Below are positions 17,739 through 25,287 of a stretch of DNA of 32,000 bases, one piece after another. The stretch is from Pseudomonas aeruginosa (lineage in GTDB: Bacteria > Pseudomonadota > Gammaproteobacteria > Pseudomonadales > Pseudomonadaceae), in NCBI RefSeq assembly GCF_001457615.1, contig NZ_LN831024.1, forward strand, positions 5,220,001 to 5,252,000. The letters are read 5' to 3'. The notes under the pieces are model-generated. The model did not search any database and was not told the DNA's origin. It saw nothing but the letters and a program-made list of their open reading frames with translations. The position numbers and the translations under genes were made by a program. How positions within the stretch are numbered: position 1 is the first letter of the stretch; each line of letters begins with the position of its first letter.

Positions 17739-18560
17739 TCACTTGCCGCGCCTGGCCTGCTGGTACAGCGGCATCACCTTGGGAATCGCGGCCTGGAGAT
17801 TGGCCATCCGCGAACTGTCGGAGGGGTGGGTGCTGGTGAACTCGGGCTGGCTGGCGCCGCCGCTGGCCCTGCCCATCTTCTGCCAGAGGGTGATCGCCGC
17901 TTCCGGGTTGTAGCCGGCGCGGGCGGCCAGCTCGAGACCGATCAGGTCGGCTTCGTTCTCGTTGGCACGACTGTTGGGCAGGGTCATCAGGTAGTCGACG
18001 CCGGTATTGGCCAGTTGCAGGCTTTCCTGGCCGAGGCCGGCCAGGGCGCCGATCTGGCTGGCCACCTGCACGCCGTAGGCCTTGGACATGGCCTCGCGCC
18101 CATGCTCGCGCAGGGCGTGGGCGATCTCGTGGCCCATCACCGCGGCTATCTCGTCGTCGGTGAGCTTCAGCTTGTCGATCAGCCCGGTGTAGAAAATGAT
18201 CTTGCCGCCGGGACCGCAGTTGGCGTTGAGCTCGTCGCTCTTCACCACATTGACTTCCCAGTTCCAGCCGGTGGCGTCCGGGCGGAAGGCGGCGGTCTGC
18301 GGGATCAGCCGCTGGGCGATCGCCTTGACTCGCCGCGCGTCGGCGCTGCTGGTATCGAGCACGCCGGCGCTTTTCGCCTCGCCGAGAGTCTTCTGGTACG
18401 ACTGGGCGTACATCTGGTCGACTTCCTGGCTGGACAACATGCTGAACATATATTGCTTGCGGTCGACGCCGACGGCGCCGCCACTGGTGGTGTTCACTGC
18501 CTGGCAACCGGCGAGCAGCAGCGCGCCGGCGAGGGTGGCGAATCGGAAGGGATGAGCCAT
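17739..18560 (-). CDS. M48-family zinc metallopeptidase lipoprotein (LoiP/YcaL-like)
   Basis: I prefer the ATG at 18560 (MAHPFRFATLAGALLLAGCQ, lipobox LLAGC) with GAGGAGAA upstream, giving 273 aa. HEIAHALREH zinc motif. Downstream NENEAD. Confidence 0.8.
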   Translation of the reverse strand: MAHPFRFATLAGALLLAGCQAVNTTSGGAVGVDRKQYMFSMLSSQEVDQMYAQSYQKTLGEAKSAGVLDTSSADARRVKAIAQRLIPQTAAFRPDATGWNWEVNVVKSDELNANCGPGGKIIFYTGLIDKLKLTDDEIAAVMGHEIAHALREHGREAMSKAYGVQVASQIGALAGLGQESLQLANTGVDYLMTLPNSRANENEADLIGLELAARAGYNPEAAITLWQKMGRASGGASQPEFTSTHPSDSSRMANLQAAIPKVMPLYQQARRGK

Positions 18561-18722
18561 GGTCCTTTGTTCTCCTCTGAAGGCCGAGCGCATGGTAGGC
18601 CGCGCCTCGAACGCCGGCAACAGCCGTTGGCGAGGAAATCTCCGACGGCCGATTAAGGATTTGCCGTCCTCCTGCCGATAAGCTCCTCAGAGACAATTCC
18701 AACAAGGGTCAGAAGTCCCATC

Positions 18723-20861
18723 ATGAAGCTCAAGTCGATCCAGTTTTCTGTCGCCGCCCTCGCCGGCGCCAGCGTTCTAAGCGTCGTCGTGGTGCTGGTG
18801 CTGTACGCCCTGTTCGCCGGCGCGCGAACGCAGGAGCTGGTGCAGCAACGCACCCAGGGCCTGCTGGAGAAGGTCATCAACGAGCGCCTGGTGGCCCTGG
18901 CCCGCGCCCAGGTCAGCCAGATCCAGCGCGAGCTGGAGTATCCGCTGACGGTGGTCCACGGCCTGGCCAACAGCACCCGCCTGCTCGGCGAGCCGGGCGC
19001 CGACGGCATGCCGCAGCTGAACGCCAGCCGCGACGAAATCTCCGCGCTGCTGCGCAGCACCGTACAGAACAACCCCAAGCTGCTCGACACCTTCATGGCC
19101 TGGGAAGCCAATGCCTTCGATACCGATGCCGCCTTCGCCGGGCAACCCGGCAAGGGCTACGGCCCGGACGGCCGCTACCTGCCCTGGTGGTATCGCGGCG
19201 CCGACGGCAAGCCGATCGTGGAGGCCATGGCCGACAGCATCGATAGCGAAAAGCTGCTGCCCACCGGGGTGCGCGAGAACGAGTTCTACGCCTGTCCGAA
19301 AGAGAACAAGCGTCCCTGCATCATCGACCCGGCCCCCTACGAAATGGGCGGCAAGACCGTGATGATGTCGTCCTTCAACGTGCCGATCATGGTCGGAGAC
19401 CAGTTCCGCGGCGCAGTCGGCGCCGACCTCTCGCTGGCCTTCATCCAGGACCTGCTCAAGCGCGCCGACCAGCAGCTCTACAATGGCGCCGGGGAAATGG
19501 CGCTGATCGCCAGCAACGGCCGCCTGGTGGCCTACACCCGCGACGACAGCAAGCTCGGCGAGCCCGCCGGCAGCGTCCTCGACGGCAACGAAGTGGACAA
19601 CCTGAAGAACCTCACGGTTGACCAGCCGCTCTACGACATCGACGCCGAGCACGGCCACATCGAGCTGTTCCTGCCTTTCACCATCGCCGACAGCGGCGTG
19701 CGCTGGACCCTCATGCTGCAGATTCCCCAGGCGGCGGTATTCGGCGAACTGCAGCAACTCCAGGGCGAGCTGAGCGACCAGCGCCAGCAGGATATCCTCG
19801 GCATGAGCCTGGCCGGCCTGGTGGTAGCGGCCCTCGGCCTGCTGGTGGTCTGGCTGGTCGGCTACGGCATCGCCCGGCCGCTGCGCCAACTGGTCGGCAT
19901 GCTCGACGACATCGCCCAGGGCGAAGGCGACCTTACCCGCCGCCTGAGCAGCGAGCGCGCCGACGAGCTGGGCTCCATCGCCAAGGGCTTCAATACCTTC
20001 CTTGGCAAGCTGCAGAACATGATCGGCCAGGTGGTGCAATCGGTGCAGAAGGTCAGCGACTCCTCGGAGCACACCGCCGACATCGCCATCCGTACCAACC
20101 AGGGCGTGCAGCAGCAACTGGCGGAGATCGAACTGGTGGCCACCGCGGTCCACGAGATGACCGCCACCGCCCAGGACGTGGCGCGCAACGCCACCCACGC
20201 CGCCGAGGCAGCCAACCACGCGGACCAGGCCGCGCACCAGGGCAAGCAGATCGTCGAAAGCAGCTCGGCGGCGATCCAGGCCCTGGCCAGCGAGATCGGC
20301 CGCGCGGTCGGAGTGGTGCAGAACCTGGCCAAGGACAGCGAAAACATCAACGCGATCCTGGTGGCGATCCGCGGTATCGCCGAGCAGACCAACCTGCTCG
20401 CCCTCAACGCCGCCATCGAGGCCGCCCGCGCCGGCGAGCAGGGTCGCGGTTTCGCGGTGGTGGCCGACGAGGTACGCAACCTGGCGCAGAAGACCCAGCA
20501 GGCCACCGAAGAAATCCAGAGCATGATCCAGCAGTTGCAGCAGGGCACCCGCGACGTGGTGAAGGTCATGCAGGACAGCCAGGACCGCACCGACGACAGC
20601 GTGCGCCATGCGCGCCAGGCGGCCGAAGCGCTGGAGTCGATCACCCAGGCGGTATCGGTGATCAACGACATGAACACCCAGATCGCCAGCGCCGCCGAGG
20701 AGCAGAGCGCGGTGGCCGAGGACATCAACCGCAACGTCGCCAACATCGGCCAGGTCGCCAACCAGGTGGCCGGCGGCGCCGACGAGGCCTCGCAGGCCAG
20801 CGCCGAGCTGACCCGCCTGGCCGAGCAGCAGCGGCGCCTGGTGAATCAGTTCAGGGTCTAG
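18723..20861 (+). CDS. pctD: Methyl-accepting chemotaxis protein with periplasmic dCache-type ligand-binding domain, HAMP and MCP signalling domains
   Basis: 712 aa. TM1 [24 protein letters not shown], a ~330-aa periplasmic region, TM2 [27 protein letters not shown], and [28 protein letters not shown]. Invariant hairpin [35 protein letters not shown]. The symbol comes from remembered synteny (PA4633, the acetylcholine/choline receptor) and was not verified here. Confidence 0.8.
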   Translation: MKLKSIQFSVAALAGASVLSVVVVLVLYALFAGARTQELVQQRTQGLLEKVINERLVALARAQVSQIQRELEYPLTVVHGLANSTRLLGEPGADGMPQLNASRDEISALLRSTVQNNPKLLDTFMAWEANAFDTDAAFAGQPGKGYGPDGRYLPWWYRGADGKPIVEAMADSIDSEKLLPTGVRENEFYACPKENKRPCIIDPAPYEMGGKTVMMSSFNVPIMVGDQFRGAVGADLSLAFIQDLLKRADQQLYNGAGEMALIASNGRLVAYTRDDSKLGEPAGSVLDGNEVDNLKNLTVDQPLYDIDAEHGHIELFLPFTIADSGVRWTLMLQIPQAAVFGELQQLQGELSDQRQQDILGMSLAGLVVAALGLLVVWLVGYGIARPLRQLVGMLDDIAQGEGDLTRRLSSERADELGSIAKGFNTFLGKLQNMIGQVVQSVQKVSDSSEHTADIAIRTNQGVQQQLAEIELVATAVHEMTATAQDVARNATHAAEAANHADQAAHQGKQIVESSSAAIQALASEIGRAVGVVQNLAKDSENINAILVAIRGIAEQTNLLALNAAIEAARAGEQGRGFAVVADEVRNLAQKTQQATEEIQSMIQQLQQGTRDVVKVMQDSQDRTDDSVRHARQAAEALESITQAVSVINDMNTQIASAAEEQSAVAEDINRNVANIGQVANQVAGGADEASQASAELTRLAEQQRRLVNQFRV

Positions 20862-20863
20862 CG

Positions 20864-21478
20864 TCAGGCCGGGGTCAGGCACTCCGGCCCGTCGGTTTCA
20901 GGCTTGTTGACGAAGCCGGCCAGGGCCACGCTGCGCAGGTTCGGCTGGGGCTTGGCGAGCAGGCTGATCAGCGCCGGCAGCGGCGTGTCCGGAGCCAGCC
21001 AGGCATCCTGCTCGGCCTCGTCAAGCAGCAGCGGCCGGCGGAACTCGGCGGCCGCCTGGGATACCTGGGCCACGCTGAGCCAGGTCTGTCCCTGCACCGG
21101 ATAGGCCTCCCAGATGCCGGCGAAGAACAACAGGCGCTCGCCGGTGGAAACCCAGTACGGACGCTTGCGCACCCCGCGCCATTCATAGAAGCCGTTGGCC
21201 GGCAGCAGGCAGCGGCGCTGCTGGAACGCCTCGCGGAACATCGGTTGCTCGGCGAGGGTTTCCGCCCGCGCGTGGCTGGGCGTACGCGACAGGTCGGTGA
21301 GCCAGGCCGGGGTCAGCCCCCAGCGCGCCAGGTCGGCGCGGCGCGCACCGGCGTCCTCGCGAACCATCAGCACCTGGTTCGCCGGAGAAATGTTCCAGTG
21401 CGCCCGCCAATCCGCCGGAAAGCCCGGCAGGGCCGCCAGCGACGGATTCCAGCGGAACAGGGCGTAACGACCACTCAT
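20864..21478 (-). CDS. SRAP (SOS-response-associated peptidase, YedK/HMCES, DUF159) family homologue with substituted catalytic residues
   Basis: The upstream extension in the track begins with TTG. I use the ATG at 21478 (204 aa, MSGRYALF..). Family blocks: WNISPANQV, LARWGLTPAW, HARAETLAEQPMFREAFQQRRCLLPANGFYEW, LLFFAGIWE, RRPLLL..AWL. Codon 2 is AGT (Ser), where the family has an invariant Cys. Confidence 0.7.
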   Translation of the reverse strand: MSGRYALFRWNPSLAALPGFPADWRAHWNISPANQVLMVREDAGARRADLARWGLTPAWLTDLSRTPSHARAETLAEQPMFREAFQQRRCLLPANGFYEWRGVRKRPYWVSTGERLLFFAGIWEAYPVQGQTWLSVAQVSQAAAEFRRPLLLDEAEQDAWLAPDTPLPALISLLAKPQPNLRSVALAGFVNKPETDGPECLTPA

Positions 21479-21573
21479 GCTTGGCACTGCCTGGTGAGGG
21501 AAAGCCGCACAGTGTAACCCGAAGCGCCACACTGGCCTTGCCGAACGCAAGCTGAATGAAACCCAATCTTAAC

Positions 21574-21602
21574 TTGACGCGCCTATCCTCCAGGCTTAAG
21601 GT
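21574..21602 (+). promoter_or_regulatory. Putative sigma70 promoter for mgtC (would give a ~295-nt leader)
   Basis: TTGACG (21574-21579), 17 bp, TAAGGT (21597-21602). Confidence 0.3.
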
Positions 21603-21903
21603 GCCGCCCGCATTCTGTAACCCACACAGGAGTCCTGCATTGGACAACAGCCCTAGTCGATTGCGACAGGTCCATCCGGCGAGCTAGTCCAGCAGAACCC
21701 TCTGCCACTGCCTCGCCGAACATGGCGGACAGTGGCGATCCGCATCCCGACCGGGATGACGCATCCCCATTTTCCCTTCGTGTCCCTTCCCTCGCGCCAT
21801 CCGCGCAGCGGGAAGCCGCGGTCCTGCGCAATCCATCGTCCTTTATCCGCGCGGACCGACGGCCCGCGCCAGCTCCGGCCGTCGGCCGGCAACGAGGTGA
21901 AAC

Positions 21904-22608
21904 ATGGATTGGAAAGTATTTCTCCTGCGCGTCGCGGTCGCGCTGGTCCTGGGCGCCCTGATCGGCGCCGAACGCCAGCTGCGCCAACGCCTCACCGGCC
22001 TGCGCACCAACGCGCTGGTCAGCACTGGCGCCTGCCTGTTCGTGCTGATGACTCAGGGCGTGCCCGGCCTGGCCGGCGACGCTTCACGGATCGCCGCCTA
22101 TGTAGTCTCCGGGATTGGCTTCCTCGGCGGCGGCGTGATCATGCGCGACGGCCTCAACGTGCGCGGCCTGAACACCGCAGCCACCCTCTGGTGCACCGCC
22201 GCCATCGGCGTCCTGTGCAGCATGGGCCTGCTGCTGGAGGCCACGCTCGGCAGCCTGATGGTGCTCTGCGCCAACATCCTGTTGCGCGACATCGCCCAAC
22301 GCCTGAACCGCCAGGACGTGTTGCCGGCCAGCGAGGCCGAGCAACGCTACGAAGTGCAGATCGTCTGCCGCGCCGAGGACGAGATCCAGGTTCGCAGCCT
22401 GATGCTGCACAGCCTCGGCAGCAGCGACCTGCGCCTGCAATCGCTGCACAGCGAGGATCTGGACAACCCGGCCAAGCTGGAAGTCCGCGCCGAACTGCTC
22501 GGCACCCCCGAAGCTCCGGCGCAGCTGGAACGCCTGGTCAGCCGGGTCAGCCTGGAGAAGGGCGTCAGCTCGGTGCGCTGGCAGGTCTTCGAACTGGCGG
22601 CCGACTGA
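21904..22608 (+). CDS. mgtC: MgtC/SapB-family membrane protein (Mg2+-limitation / intramacrophage survival factor)
   Basis: 234 aa. N-terminus MDWKVFLLRVAVALVLGALIGAERQLRQRLTGLRTNALVSTGACLF is the family signature. Five TM segments and a soluble ACT-like C-terminal domain. GAGGTGA Shine-Dalgarno upstream. Confidence 0.9.
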   Translation: MDWKVFLLRVAVALVLGALIGAERQLRQRLTGLRTNALVSTGACLFVLMTQGVPGLAGDASRIAAYVVSGIGFLGGGVIMRDGLNVRGLNTAATLWCTAAIGVLCSMGLLLEATLGSLMVLCANILLRDIAQRLNRQDVLPASEAEQRYEVQIVCRAEDEIQVRSLMLHSLGSSDLRLQSLHSEDLDNPAKLEVRAELLGTPEAPAQLERLVSRVSLEKGVSSVRWQVFELAAD

Positions 22609-22883
22609 GCGGCGGCCGCCTCAACACAACAGGCTGCCGGGCCGCAGGGCTCCGGCGGCTCCTCGGCCAACGGGGCGGCGGCGTTGTAGGCGAGGATCAG
22701 TTCTCGCGCCCGCTCCGTCTGCTCGTCCGCCACCAACAACGCCAGCAGTCCGCCAGGCGGCAGTTCGCCGATGGCGCCGACCAGGTGGCGGCCGCTGACA
22801 TGGGCGGCGATCCCTTCGCTGGCGAGCATTCCCACCAGCATCTCGGCCTCCAGCAGGTCGGCCGGCTCATATACGCGCTGCAT
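22347..22883 (-). CDS. DUF2007-like small protein; the 3' end is uncertain because the ORF has no stop until 262 nt inside the convergent mgtC
   Basis: The first ~70 aa (MQRVYEPADLLEAEMLVGMLASEGIAAHVSGRHLVGAIGELPPGGLLALLVADEQTERARELILAY) look like a DUF2007 (putative signal-transducing) domain. The rest is Ser/Arg/Leu/Cys-rich low complexity antisense to mgtC. The start overlaps the upstream stop (TGATG). Confidence 0.5.
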   Translation of the reverse strand: MQRVYEPADLLEAEMLVGMLASEGIAAHVSGRHLVGAIGELPPGGLLALLVADEQTERARELILAYNAAAPLAEEPPEPCGPAACCVEAAAAQSAASSKTCQRTELTPFSRLTRLTRRSSCAGASGVPSSSARTSSLAGLSRSSLCSDCRRRSLLPRLCSIRLRTWISSSARQTICTS

Positions 22884-23065
22884 CAGTCATCCTCCCGGCG
22901 GACGTTCAGTGACCAGTCCTGCCCATCGGTGCGCAGGTCGAACAGGATCGGCCGGCAGCACACCGGGCAGTCCTCGTAGTACTGCTGGTCGCCGGCGCTC
23001 AGGTCGAGCAGCGCCTCGGCCGGTTCCCCGCAGTAAGGGCAGCTATAGGCCTGGCTTTCGAGCAT
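22883..23065 (-). CDS. CPXCG-motif cysteine-rich zinc-ribbon protein (hypothetical)
   Basis: 60 aa, with CPYCG...CPVCC forming a four-Cys zinc-ribbon spacing. Translationally coupled to the following DUF2007 gene by a 1-nt overlap. Confidence 0.65.
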   Translation of the reverse strand: MLESQAYSCPYCGEPAEALLDLSAGDQQYYEDCPVCCRPILFDLRTDGQDWSLNVRREDD

Positions 23066-23078
23066 CGCTGCACCCCCT

Positions 23079-24323
23079 ATGAGTTCCGTTTATAATCGCG
23101 CGGTTCAATTTTCGGCCACCCCCTTGGGCGGCCTTCGCAGCATCCATATGGAACCAGAAAGCATGATGGGCGAGTTCGAAGCCATCCGACCCTACAGTGA
23201 CGCCGAAGTCCCCGCGGTATTGCAACGCCTCCTGAGCGACGACGCCTTCCTCGGCGCCCTGGTCCGCTACCGCTTCCCGCGCCTGGCCGGTCCCCTCGGT
23301 TGGCTGCTCAAACCTCTTATAGCCCATCGCCTGGCCCGCGAGGTCACCGGCATCCGCAGCGTCGCCACGCTGCAGGACAAGTTCGAGCCCTACGTCGACC
23401 ACACCATCGAGAAGGCCACCGATGGCGTCACCTACTCCGGGGTCAATCGCCTCAAGCCAGGCTGCGCCTACCTGTTCATCGCCAACCACCGCGATATCGT
23501 GATGGACCCGGCCTTCGTCAACTACGCCGTGTACCACGCCGGCCTGCCGACCCCGCGCATCGCCATCGGCGACAACCTGCTGCAGAAATCCTTCGTCAGC
23601 GACCTGATGCGCCTGAACAAGAGCTTCATCGTGCACCGTTCGCTGAGCGGCCGGCGCGAGAAGCTCGCCGCCTACCAGACGCTCTCCGCCTACATCAACC
23701 ACTCGATCCGCGAGGACCGCCAGTCGGTGTGGATCGCCCAGGCCGAAGGGCGGGCCAAGGACGGCGACGACCGTACCGACTCGGCGATACTCAAGATGTT
23801 CCACATGAGCCGCAAGGACGAACCCTTCGCCGAAATGGTGCGCGCCCTGCATTTCATCCCGGTGTCGATCAGCTACGAATACGACCCCTGCGACCTGGCC
23901 AAGGCCCGCGAGTTGCACACCCGCGCCAGCACCGGCGAGTACCGCAAGGCGCCGGGCGAGGACGATGCCAGCATCGCCCTGGGCATCACCGGCTACAAGG
24001 GCCGCGTGCACATCAACTTCGGTGCCGAGCTGGAGGGCGAGTTCAGCGACGCCAAGCAGCTGGCCGCCGAACTGGACCGGCAGATCCTCGGCAACTACCG
24101 TCTGTTCCCGGTGCACTACCTGGCCTACGAGATGAGCGAGAACCGCGACCCGGGCCTCGCCGTCCCCACGGCCGAGAGCCTGTTCGGCAGCGAGGAGCTG
24201 GAGAAGGCGCGCAAGGAATGGAACCGCCGCCTGGAGCAATGCCCGGCCGAGCAGCGCCCCTGGCTGGTGCTACAATACGCCAACCCGGTGCTCAACCAAT
24301 ACCGGATCAAGCAGCAATCCTGA
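23079..24323 (+). CDS. Glycerol-3-phosphate/lysophospholipid acyltransferase family (PlsC-like) protein
   Basis: Maximal ORF of 414 aa. Acyltransferase block I YLFIANHRDIVMDPAF, then IAIGDNLL and AQAEGRAKDGDDRTDSAILKM (blocks III/IV-like). The start is uncertain: none of ATG 23079, 23148 or 23163 has a good SD, and a TATAAT at 23091-23096 suggests the true start is 23148-23166. Confidence 0.7.
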   Translation: MSSVYNRAVQFSATPLGGLRSIHMEPESMMGEFEAIRPYSDAEVPAVLQRLLSDDAFLGALVRYRFPRLAGPLGWLLKPLIAHRLAREVTGIRSVATLQDKFEPYVDHTIEKATDGVTYSGVNRLKPGCAYLFIANHRDIVMDPAFVNYAVYHAGLPTPRIAIGDNLLQKSFVSDLMRLNKSFIVHRSLSGRREKLAAYQTLSAYINHSIREDRQSVWIAQAEGRAKDGDDRTDSAILKMFHMSRKDEPFAEMVRALHFIPVSISYEYDPCDLAKARELHTRASTGEYRKAPGEDDASIALGITGYKGRVHINFGAELEGEFSDAKQLAAELDRQILGNYRLFPVHYLAYEMSENRDPGLAVPTAESLFGSEELEKARKEWNRRLEQCPAEQRPWLVLQYANPVLNQYRIKQQS

Positions 24324-24327
24324 AGAC

Positions 24328-24355
24328 GAAAGCCCGGCGCCGCCGGGCTTCTCCA
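24328..24355. terminator. Bidirectional terminator hairpin
   Basis: AAAGCCCGG (stem 24332-24337) / loop CGCCG / CCGGGC (24343-24348), followed by TTCTCC. On the minus strand the stem is followed by TTTCGTCTTC. Confidence 0.5.
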
Positions 24356-24443
24356 TCGGGCAACGGCTTCGAACCCGCAGGCGATGGACGGATAACCGCG
24401 ATACGCTTATCCGCGTGCGGTTCGGCTCGCCGAGGCAGGGCTC

Positions 24444-24740
24444 TCAGAGCCGCGTGCTGGCCCAGCTGACCAGCAGCGCCAGGCCCAGGCAGGCGGTGCC
24501 GAATCGGTAGAAGAACAGGTTGATCCGCAGGGTCGCCTCGTCCATCGGCAATGCCGCCTCCCCCGCCTCCCCCGCCTCCCCCGCCTCGCCCTCCGCGGCC
24601 CAGCGCGCCAGGGCGCGACGCTCGCGTGCGCGGGTGGCCAGCAGCAGCCAGGCGCCGGCGACACCGAAGAACAGCGCAAGGCCGTTCACGGCCTGCGCGG
24701 GATGGGCGAGGAACAGCGCCCACAAGGCTTGCAAGGACAT
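24444..24740 (-). CDS. Small two-TM membrane protein with internal (GEA)n repeat (hypothetical)
   Basis: I prefer the ATG at 24740, with GGAGG 6 nt upstream, giving 98 aa: MSLQALWALFLAHPAQAVNGLALFFGVAGAWLLLA..EGEAGEAGEAGEA..INLFFYRFGTACLGLALLVSWA. Confidence 0.6.
   Translation of the reverse strand: MSLQALWALFLAHPAQAVNGLALFFGVAGAWLLLATRARERRALARWAAEGEAGEAGEAGEAALPMDEATLRINLFFYRFGTACLGLALLVSWASTRL
24556..24591. repeat. 9-bp in-frame microsatellite GCCTCCCCC x3 plus one imperfect copy
   Basis: Perfect copies at 24556-24564, 24565-24573 and 24574-24582. GCCTCGCCC at 24583-24591. It encodes (GEA)n on the minus strand. Confidence 0.9.
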
Positions 24741-25023
24741 CGATAACCTCCGCAACAGGACCACACGCCGGGGCTACCGAATAACGCCTTGGGTGAGCTG
24801 ATGACAGGACGGACCGTCGGGGACGGCGGGGAAGGACTGGTCGAATTCTATCCAGAATGCATGAGCGACGGCCAGCGGCACCCGGGTTGTCGCGACGAAG
24901 CGCAGCGGTTAGCAGCAATCCGTCTAAAAAAGGCGCGGCCTCGCCAGAGTGACCGACTAGTCTGAAAGTGATTTGCCGGTCACAGAACCCCACCCAGGCA
25001 AACGACAACACAGGAGAGTCGTC

Positions 25024-25230
25024 ATGCTGGAAACCGCACCCCACGAACATAACTATCTGATCGACCACCTGGACGAGATCGAGGCCGTGATCGTCGATCT
25101 TTCCTTCAATGTCCAGGACGACCGCTGGCTGGTGTACTGCACCGCCTGCGGCCATGAACACCTCGACCTGCCTGAGACCGACGAACGCATCAGCATCGGC
25201 GAGCCGGACCCGTTCCACCAGGCCGCCTGA
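25024..25230 (+). CDS. Hypothetical 68-aa acidic protein
   Basis: ATG at 25024 is preceded by AGGAGAG 6 nt upstream. Sequence MLETAPHEHNYLIDHLDEIEAVIVDLSFNVQDDRWLVYCTACGHEHLDLPETDERISIGEPDPFHQAA. High GC3, and followed directly by a terminator. Confidence 0.55.
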   Translation: MLETAPHEHNYLIDHLDEIEAVIVDLSFNVQDDRWLVYCTACGHEHLDLPETDERISIGEPDPFHQAA

Positions 25231-25246
25231 GTTTCCCGAGCGCATG

Positions 25247-25275
25247 AAAAAGCCCGGCATCCGCCGGGCTTTCTC
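25247..25275. terminator. Bidirectional rho-independent terminator
   Basis: AAAAA-GCCCGGC (25253-25259) / ATCC / GCCGGGC (25264-25270)-TTTCT. It lies between the convergent 68-aa gene and the lipoprotein gene. Confidence 0.7.
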
Positions 25276-25287
25276 GTTACCGCCGGC

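Noticed and set aside
21508-21534. Inverted repeat CAGTGT-N13-ACACTG upstream of the SRAP-like gene, as a possible LexA/SOS box
   Set aside because: It does not match the CTGT-N8-ACAG LexA consensus in sequence or spacing. The arms are only 6 bp.
21551-21570. GCTGAATGAAACCCAATC (reverse complement GATTGGGTTTCATTCAGC) as a possible PhoP box upstream of mgtC
   Set aside because: Only one half-site (ATTCAG) approaches the remembered GTTCAG-N5-GTTCAG direct repeat. The other half matches 2-3 of 6 positions.
21722-21961. A 79-aa Pro-rich ORF in the mgtC leader that overlaps the mgtC start, as a possible mgtP-like regulatory peptide
   Set aside because: It has no Shine-Dalgarno, is much longer than known leader peptides, and runs out of frame into mgtC. 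Its composition looks like a GC-rich non-coding frame.
24307-25260. A 317-aa minus-strand ORF with a poly-Gly run that spans three smaller genes
   Set aside because: The poly-Gly comes from reading the 9-bp microsatellite in another frame. The ORF crosses a strong bidirectional terminator and two better-supported small genes that have GGAGG/AGGAGA ribosome-binding sites.
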